This document shows positions 57,907-64,000 of a stretch of DNA of 64,000 nt, one piece after another. Position 1 is the stretch's first letter. Each line of letters begins with the position of its first letter. The notes below the pieces were generated by a model that ran no database searches, was not told the origin of the DNA, and saw nothing but the letters and a program-made list of their open reading frames with translations. Source of the stretch: Acidimicrobiia bacterium (GTDB lineage: Bacteria > Actinomycetota > Acidimicrobiia > Spongiisociales > ZC4RG35). The position numbers and the translations under genes are program-made. The stretch covers positions 448,001 to 512,000 of the forward strand of contig CBDBCY010000004.1 of NCBI GenBank assembly GCA_965203555.1. Reading direction: 5' to 3'.

Positions 57907-59094
57907 TCAGGGCGCCGGCCGGTCGTCCCGCACCACCCGACCGGACTGCATCACGAAGGAGATATCTCTCATCGCCGACACATCCGTCAACGGGTTTCCA
58001 TCCACCGCCACCAGATCGGCCATTTTGCCCTGCTCAACAGTACCGATCTCCGACTCCAATCCCAAGAGACGGGCAGCGTTGGAGGTGGCCCCGGCCAGGG
58101 CCAGTCGGGGATGAAGCCCGGCCCCTTCCATAAGTCCCATCTCGTACACCGTCACCGACGTCCCGTCGATGGGATCGCCGGGTGGATAGTCGGTCCCGTT
58201 CACCATGGTGACTCCCGCCGCCACCGCCCGGCGGATACTGGCCAGATGCATGGGCCCCACCTGCAGAGAAGTCTCGATCTGGAACTCTTCGAACCCCTTC
58301 CAGCGCATCCACTCCTGGGAACGGGTCACGCACAACGTGGGAGTGAGGAACACACCCTTTGCCGCCATCCGCCCGGCGGTCTCCTGGTCGAGATCGTAGG
58401 CGTGCTCAAAGCAGCGTACTCCGGCATCCAGCGCCCAGTTGATGGCCTTGGACGAACCGGCGTGTGCCACCACATAGGTGTCCCGTTTGGCCGCCGCGTC
58501 CACCGTCGCCTTCATCTCCGCCTGGCTCATCTCGGGATGGTCGAAGGCTTCATTAAGGTTGGCGATCCCGCCGGTTATGAAGACCTTGATGTGCCGGCAG
58601 CCCGAGTCCAGTTCCGCCAGGGCCGCTTCCCGGAAGGCTTCCGGTCCGTCGGCGATGACGCTGCCGATCCCGTCGCCGTGACCGCCCGGCTTGGAGATGG
58701 CCCGTCCGGCGCCCACGATCCGGGGGACGTCGGCCCAACCCGCCCGGCCGGCTTCGGCCAGCAGCAGATCGGCCTGGTTCAACTCATGGACGCATCGGAT
58801 AGTGGTCACACCCGCCTGGAGGGCGTCCTTCGCCCGCTCGTAGGAGCGCAGCACGGTCAGGCCCGGGTTCTCGTTCTCGTCAGTGGCGGAGAACGGATAG
58901 ACCACCGACAAGTGGGTGTGCACCGAGATCAGACCCGGCGTGAGGTACCGTCCGCCCAGGCTCATTCGCTCCCCGGCGCCCGGGTGTTTGCGGATGGCGC
59001 CGATCCTTCCGCCCGAGATCTCGACGCTCATCCCGTCCTGTATCTTCCCTTTGACGACGTCGACCACTCTTGCGTCGGTCAACCACATCTTCAA
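57907..59094 (-). CDS. Metal-dependent amidohydrolase (prolidase-like subgroup)
   Basis: PGLISVHTH, GVTTIR, IK, AHA, EHA, NGTD, GKMADLV.V.GNP. Confidence 0.9.
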   Translation of the reverse strand: MKMWLTDARVVDVVKGKIQDGMSVEISGGRIGAIRKHPGAGERMSLGGRYLTPGLISVHTHLSVVYPFSATDENENPGLTVLRSYERAKDALQAGVTTIRCVHELNQADLLLAEAGRAGWADVPRIVGAGRAISKPGGHGDGIGSVIADGPEAFREAALAELDSGCRHIKVFITGGIANLNEAFDHPEMSQAEMKATVDAAAKRDTYVVAHAGSSKAINWALDAGVRCFEHAYDLDQETAGRMAAKGVFLTPTLCVTRSQEWMRWKGFEEFQIETSLQVGPMHLASIRRAVAAGVTMVNGTDYPPGDPIDGTSVTVYEMGLMEGAGLHPRLALAGATSNAARLLGLESEIGTVEQGKMADLVAVDGNPLTDVSAMRDISFVMQSGRVVRDDRPAP

Positions 59095-61790
59095 CCTCCT
59101 TGTTCAAGTTTCTCCGCAACGGTGCGTGCCCTGGCAATCCAGGAATTCTCTTCTCCCCGCTGTCGCAGTCGATTTCGTATTTCGGGATTCTTGGAGTCTC
59201 CCAGAGCCAGATCCAATGCTTGGGACATTCCCTCGGCATCATCATAGGAACGGACCTCGGGAAAGGCCACCACTTCGGGCATCCGGCTGCAGACCACCGG
59301 CTTTCCCCCCGCAAAGTACTCGAAGAGTTTGAGAGGCGAGGTTGAAACCGTAATCTCGTTCACCACGAAGGGGATCATGGCCACGTCGAAGGATTGCAGC
59401 CATCTCGGAAGGTCCCCGTAGGGCTGGGCCGTTATCCACTCGACATTGGGCAGGGAGAACAGGGGACGGTTTCTGGCGCTCTGGTCGTAGGCGGGACCGA
59501 TCAGGACAAAGCTCCAGTCCCGCCGGCTTCGGGCCACTTCGGCGAGAAGATCGTAGTCCATCCACCGGGCGATCGCTCCGTAGTAGCCAGCGATGGGCCG
59601 ACCCTTCGCCAGGAATCTTTGGAGAGCGGGATGGGCGGGAGATGACACTTCCCAGTTGGCGAAATGCTCGTATTCCACCCCGTTGGGGAGGTACAGGGTG
59701 TCGGGGCGTTGCTCTCTGGCCCGCCTCAGGAGGCTCCTGGCGCTGGCCGCGGTTATTGACGCCCCGGACAGGCCCAGGCCGTGCAGTCGCTCCAGTTTGC
59801 GCGGTTCGTAACCGTCGAACACATCAAGCTCGTCTATCCAGTCATACAGGGTCCTGGTTCCCTCCGGGTAGGCGGCGGCTCTCTCCCAGTTGTAGGTGAG
59901 CGCCCACACCAGGGGGTCGGGCAGTTGATGGAGGACCTCGGGAAGGCCGTTATACAGGAACAGCCGGGATTCAATCTCTTCCCAGCCGGGCTCGCCCTGG
60001 TTGGAATTGTCGTAGACCACCGTGTAGCCCAGTCGGGCGAAGGCCTGCGCCAGTTGCTGGGGACGCTGGAACAGGTGGATGTACCACTCGATGTTCAGTA
60101 GGAAGACCACCACTCCCCTGCTCTCACCGATTCGCCCGGTCACCTCGGCGGGGATGGACGGTTTCCGCTCCACGGGACGGACAGGGTCGCCAGGGTCTCC
60201 CGGGTCGCCCGGGTCAGAAGCGGCGCTCGTCATCATGGTCCGGCGAAGCTTCTGGCGGACCCGCCAGTACTTGGTCACCAGACGCAAGGCGCGGGTCTGG
60301 CGCAGGTTGTCGAGCTCCAGTTGCAGCAAATCGCCTCTGCGCTCGGCGAACCGGTGCTGATCGTATGCCGCCTCCAGTTTCTGTCGGGCCTCCTCCCTGG
60401 TGTATTGCAACTCCTTCCTGGTGTATTGCAAATCGTTCTGCGTGTTGTGCAACTTGTCCCGGAGGGATCGGAGGGCGTCCTCGCTTCGGAGAACGCGGTC
60501 CCTGAGATCCAGGTTGTCCACTCGGCTCTCATCCAGACTGCTCTGGGTCTCCAGGAGGTTCCGGGTCAAGGCAAGAGTCATCTCCCGCTGGATCACCTGC
60601 TGATCAGTGGAGGGCGCTTCCTCGGATCCCTCCGACATCGCCTTCCTGACCATGGGCAGGACGCGGCGGGCGCCGGCTCGCATCAACTCTGCCTGGACGA
60701 ACATGAAGTGGGAGAGATCGGGATAGTTGCTCCAGACCGCCTCGAGCGCCTCCGCCAAGCGGTCCCGTGAGACCTCGCCATCGGGGATGCAATGGTCCCC
60801 CAGGCCCAGTTCATCAGCCATGCGGGTGACTTTGGGATCGTAGGAGATCGAGACAGAGGGTGTTCTGCACATCGCCGCCAGGATCGTTCCGTGCAGGCGC
60901 ATGTTGAGAGCAAGCTCGCACCGCCCGAAAGCCGTGATCAACTGTCCCGGACGCAGATCCGATGGGGCGAAAAGCACCCTTGACGTGCGCATCCTGCGGC
61001 TGATCCGCTCACAGCACGCGCGGTCGTCGAAGTCGTCGGACTCCAACTCCTGCATGGACACGAACAGCACCGATCCCCCGTGCCTTTCGCAGAAGACATC
61101 CAGTGCCTCCGCCAACCCACGCTCCCGGGTGGCCTGCGCCGAAACCGAACCCCACGACCGGGGGGCTACCGCCACGATGGGTCGAGGGGTCTCCGACAAG
61201 GCCGAATTTAGGGCGGGCGGCAGGTCGGAGGGAGCGACCAGCCAGGCGGGATCTCCCACCACCGCCGAACCCCCGATGCCGAGCGACTCCAGTTCGGCGC
61301 GGTCTCGTTCGGTGCGGACAGTGAAAGCCGAGGCGGCCTCGCCCAGCGCACTAACCCACCTGGGAGACCGGGAGTCCAGGAAAGGCCCCACCCCCACTCC
61401 CCAGACCAGGACCGGCCGCCCCGCCTCGGCTGCGGCCAGGGCCGGCCCGAGATAACCAGGAATGTCCCCCGCCTCTCTGCTGAGAGCATGTTCCGGCCGA
61501 AATCCCCACTGGTCCGACAGAAGGCCCCCGCCCCCCACTATCACCATCTTCGATTGGTAGGCCGCCGACACCACGGCAGGTATGTCAGCCCGGTCCACGG
61601 CCGACACCCCGTACCTGGCCCGGGTCTCCTGAGGGTCCCCCGACACCACCGTCCATCGGCCGCCCGGGTTCGTCTCTGCCAACAGATCCAACATCCCGGC
61701 TAGGATGGCCTCATCCCCGAGGTTTCGGAATCCGTAGTGGCCGATGATCAGCGCATCCGGAGGAGCCGGATTATCCGTCTCCCCTTTCAC
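59091..61790 (-). CDS. Fusion: CsaB-like polysaccharide pyruvyltransferase + coiled coil + GT-B glycosyltransferase
   Basis: GHYGFRNLGDEAIL, GGGGL, GVGVGP, MRLH, SYDPKV; heptad region; FQRPQQLA, LPNGV, GYYGAIA.W.D, PLKLFEYFA.GKPVV; start approximate. Confidence 0.85.
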   Translation of the reverse strand: MKGETDNPAPPDALIIGHYGFRNLGDEAILAGMLDLLAETNPGGRWTVVSGDPQETRARYGVSAVDRADIPAVVSAAYQSKMVIVGGGGLLSDQWGFRPEHALSREAGDIPGYLGPALAAAEAGRPVLVWGVGVGPFLDSRSPRWVSALGEAASAFTVRTERDRAELESLGIGGSAVVGDPAWLVAPSDLPPALNSALSETPRPIVAVAPRSWGSVSAQATRERGLAEALDVFCERHGGSVLFVSMQELESDDFDDRACCERISRRMRTSRVLFAPSDLRPGQLITAFGRCELALNMRLHGTILAAMCRTPSVSISYDPKVTRMADELGLGDHCIPDGEVSRDRLAEALEAVWSNYPDLSHFMFVQAELMRAGARRVLPMVRKAMSEGSEEAPSTDQQVIQREMTLALTRNLLETQSSLDESRVDNLDLRDRVLRSEDALRSLRDKLHNTQNDLQYTRKELQYTREEARQKLEAAYDQHRFAERRGDLLQLELDNLRQTRALRLVTKYWRVRQKLRRTMMTSAASDPGDPGDPGDPVRPVERKPSIPAEVTGRIGESRGVVVFLLNIEWYIHLFQRPQQLAQAFARLGYTVVYDNSNQGEPGWEEIESRLFLYNGLPEVLHQLPDPLVWALTYNWERAAAYPEGTRTLYDWIDELDVFDGYEPRKLERLHGLGLSGASITAASARSLLRRAREQRPDTLYLPNGVEYEHFANWEVSSPAHPALQRFLAKGRPIAGYYGAIARWMDYDLLAEVARSRRDWSFVLIGPAYDQSARNRPLFSLPNVEWITAQPYGDLPRWLQSFDVAMIPFVVNEITVSTSPLKLFEYFAGGKPVVCSRMPEVVAFPEVRSYDDAEGMSQALDLALGDSKNPEIRNRLRQRGEENSWIARARTVAEKLEQGG
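60184..60216 (-). repeat. 9-bp tandem repeat encoding a (DPG)n linker
   Basis: SDPGDPGDPGDPV between the coiled coil and the GT domain. Confidence 0.7.
60396..60431 (-). repeat. 21-bp (heptad) duplication in the coiled coil
   Basis: cctggtgtattgcaa at 60396 and 60417; LQYTRKE-LQYTREE. Confidence 0.8.
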
Positions 61791-61854
61791 GGAAACCGAA
61801 TCGACTCTTGTCACGACAAGAAAGGCTATCACGTAACGAGGGAGGTTGGTTGCC

Positions 61855-63111
61855 ATGCCGGTTGACCTGGACGCCGCGTTGGAGTCGACCGGCCAACTGC
61901 GGGGCTACGAGCGAGACCTGCTCGATGCTCTCGTGTCGCGGAGAAGCGTGCGGGCCGAACCCTCCGATGTGCACGAGTTGTGCGCCGGGGAAGTCGAGAA
62001 GCTGGGGATGGACGTGGAGCTGGTCACCCCGGTGGTGGGCGAGTTGGAGAACCATCCCGATTGGTGCCCGCCGCAGCCGGCCACCGCCGATCCCGAGCAG
62101 ATGGTGAGCGTGCTGGGATCATGGGGCGACGGGCCGGGGATCTTCCTGTTCGCCCACACCGACACCGAGCGCCCCGATCCCACCGACGACTGGCTTACCG
62201 ACCCCTACCAGGCCACCCGGGTTGGCAACCGGATCTACGGCGTGGGGACCGCCGACGACAAGGCAGGTGTTGCATCCGTGCTGGCGGCCACCCGGGCGTT
62301 GCTTCCCCATCTGGAGGGGGTGAGGGTGGTGATGGGACTGGTGCACGGAAAGCTGGGGGGCGGGTTGGGGACCCTTCCCGCCATGGCCAGGGTGGGAAAG
62401 GTGGATGCCTCCATCTACTGCCATCCCGCCGAGACCGGCCGGGGCCTGACCCACTTCAAAGCCGCCACCCGGGGATTCTTCAACTTCCGCATCGAAACAG
62501 TGGGGCGCCGTCCCGATCCGGTGGAGATCCGCACCCCCGTCTCCGAGGACCCCCGCCAGGGAGTAAACGCATTCAGCCGCCTACGGGCAGTTCTGGATGC
62601 CGTCGACCGGTGGGCCGGCCAGGACGACTTGATTTGCTCGATGAACCGGATTTCGGCCGGAAGCGATCCGATCGTGCTGCCCGAGAGGGCGGTGGCGGAG
62701 GGCGCGGTGTGGTTCCGCCACGGGACAGTCGCCGAGGTGTATGAGAGCCTGAAGGTTGCGGCCTTGAGAGCCGGCGCCCTCTCCACCCACCTGTTCGGCG
62801 TCCGGTCCAACCCTGCCGAGATTCCCGCCGATCATCCCCTTGTCACCGCCACGACCGAAGCCATCGCCGCCGAAACCGGAGTCACCCCAACCGTGTACCC
62901 GGCCCACGTGGCCTCCGATATTCGCTTCCCGATCCGCTGCCTGAACGCCGCAACCGTGGGCTTCGGCGCCTTGGCCGGAAACTTCTACGGCCCCGACGAG
63001 TGGGTGGACGCCGAGGACATGCACCGCGCCACCCGGGTGATCGTCCGAATCGTCTCGGCCTGGGCCAACCTTGGGCGGCCCTGGCCGAGCTTAGAATCCC
63101 TGCGATGCTGA
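61855..63111 (+). CDS. M20 (ArgE/DapE-like) family protein with altered metal-site motifs
   Basis: FAHTDT, IYG.GTADDKAG, dimerisation insert GVNA, SD.R, YGPDEWV; SD GGGAGG. Confidence 0.82.
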   Translation: MPVDLDAALESTGQLRGYERDLLDALVSRRSVRAEPSDVHELCAGEVEKLGMDVELVTPVVGELENHPDWCPPQPATADPEQMVSVLGSWGDGPGIFLFAHTDTERPDPTDDWLTDPYQATRVGNRIYGVGTADDKAGVASVLAATRALLPHLEGVRVVMGLVHGKLGGGLGTLPAMARVGKVDASIYCHPAETGRGLTHFKAATRGFFNFRIETVGRRPDPVEIRTPVSEDPRQGVNAFSRLRAVLDAVDRWAGQDDLICSMNRISAGSDPIVLPERAVAEGAVWFRHGTVAEVYESLKVAALRAGALSTHLFGVRSNPAEIPADHPLVTATTEAIAAETGVTPTVYPAHVASDIRFPIRCLNAATVGFGALAGNFYGPDEWVDAEDMHRATRVIVRIVSAWANLGRPWPSLESLRC

Positions 63112-64000
63112 CGAAGTTGATCGTCCGCGACTTCAAAAGTTTGGCTGATGCTGAAGTCGAACTGGACAACCCGGTCGTTCTCATAGGCCCGAACGACTCG
63201 GGCAAGACTTCCGCCCTTCAAGCTCTCATGCTATGGGAACTCGGGCTGAGGCGATGGACACAGAAGCGAGGGGAATCAGCACCACCCCAACGGCCGGGAG
63301 TGGCCGTCAACCGCCGTGATCTCTTGGCAGTCCCTGTTCCCTCGGCTCGCTTTCTTTGGAGAGAATTGCGCGTCCGCCAGACCTACCGCGATGAGGACCG
63401 GCGGGGCACCCGGAACATCCGCATGGAGATCATAGTAGAGGGAGTTACGGGCGGCGAGCCCTGGTCATGCGGACTGGAGTTCGACTACACCAATGAGGAA
63501 AGCTTCTATTGCCGACCGCTGCGTATTACTCCTGACGGCTCGGAACGCATGCCCGTTCTGCCTCGGACGCTATGGCCAAAGATGGAACTTCTGAATCCCA
63601 TGTCAGGGTTGGCCGCCAACGAGACCCGGCTGGATCCCGGAGCTATAGATGTCCGCATCGGGGAGGGTCGCACCGCCGAGGTGCTGCGCAACCTTTGTCA
63701 TCGGGTTACGGAACTTGCTGATGGGCAAGAGCGGTGGGGTGCGCTGAAACAGCGCATCCTGTCTCTGTACGGCGTTTCACTGGACCGTCCTCGTCTGATT
63801 CCTGACAGAGGCGAGGTAGAGGTTACTTATGTAACCAGGTCGGGATCACGCTTGGACCTCTCCTGCGCCGGGAGGGGAATGTTGCAAACCTTGCTATTGC
63901 TGTCTTTTATCGATCTCAACCAGGACAGCGTCCTGTTGCTGGACGAACCGGACGCACATCTGGAGATACTGAGACAGCGTGAGATCTACAAAGTGATCAG
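63105..64000 (+). CDS. ABC/AAA ATPase (AAA_15/AAA_21-like), runs off the window end
   Basis: Read from ATG 63105: MLTKLIVRDFKSL...VVLIGPNDSGKTSALQAL; near the end LSCAGRG..Q..LL and LLLDEPDAHLE. Confidence 0.85.
   Translation, partial: MLTKLIVRDFKSLADAEVELDNPVVLIGPNDSGKTSALQALMLWELGLRRWTQKRGESAPPQRPGVAVNRRDLLAVPVPSARFLWRELRVRQTYRDEDRRGTRNIRMEIIVEGVTGGEPWSCGLEFDYTNEESFYCRPLRITPDGSERMPVLPRTLWPKMELLNPMSGLAANETRLDPGAIDVRIGEGRTAEVLRNLCHRVTELADGQERWGALKQRILSLYGVSLDRPRLIPDRGEVEVTYVTRSGSRLDLSCAGRGMLQTLLLLSFIDLNQDSVLLLDEPDAHLEILRQREIYKVI

Overview
High-GC window, probably actinobacterial (Acidimicrobiia-like gene content; inference). From 1-22 kb it carries mostly + strand metabolic genes: paaCDE plus a TetR regulator, manC, cytochrome c, menC/menD/menF, sufE/sseA, an R-specific beta-oxidation cluster, thiN and pfkA. 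From 22.3-27.4 kb there is an accessory zone. It holds two convergent, mutually paralogous two-gene modules (unknown protein + BrnT/RelE-like toxin gene) flanking a complete IS110 element whose bridge-RNA target and donor guides can be read directly from the sequence. It also holds defence-gene remnants, a tandem pair of XerCD dif-like sites and a NYN gene. From 27.5-37 kb are an acyl-CoA synthetase, YibE/F, RtcB and an ABC exporter. From 36.8-61.8 kb the genes are almost all on the - strand: secG, gpmA, tpiA, pgk, a DUF433/DUF5615 TA pair sitting where gap/whiA usually lie, rapZ, uvrC, an integrase remnant, an SLH protein, frameshifted uvrA, three tandem hydantoinase-B paralogs with a single hydantoinase A, an amidohydrolase and a pyruvyltransferase-coiled coil-glycosyltransferase fusion. 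The window ends with an atypical M20 peptidase and a truncated ABC/AAA ATPase. Several single-base insertions (three in uvrA, one in the AI-2E gene, one in DUF5615) suggest assembly errors, so frameshift-based conclusions are tentative. No rRNA, tRNA or CRISPR array was recognised. All family assignments are by motif recognition; no database searches were run.
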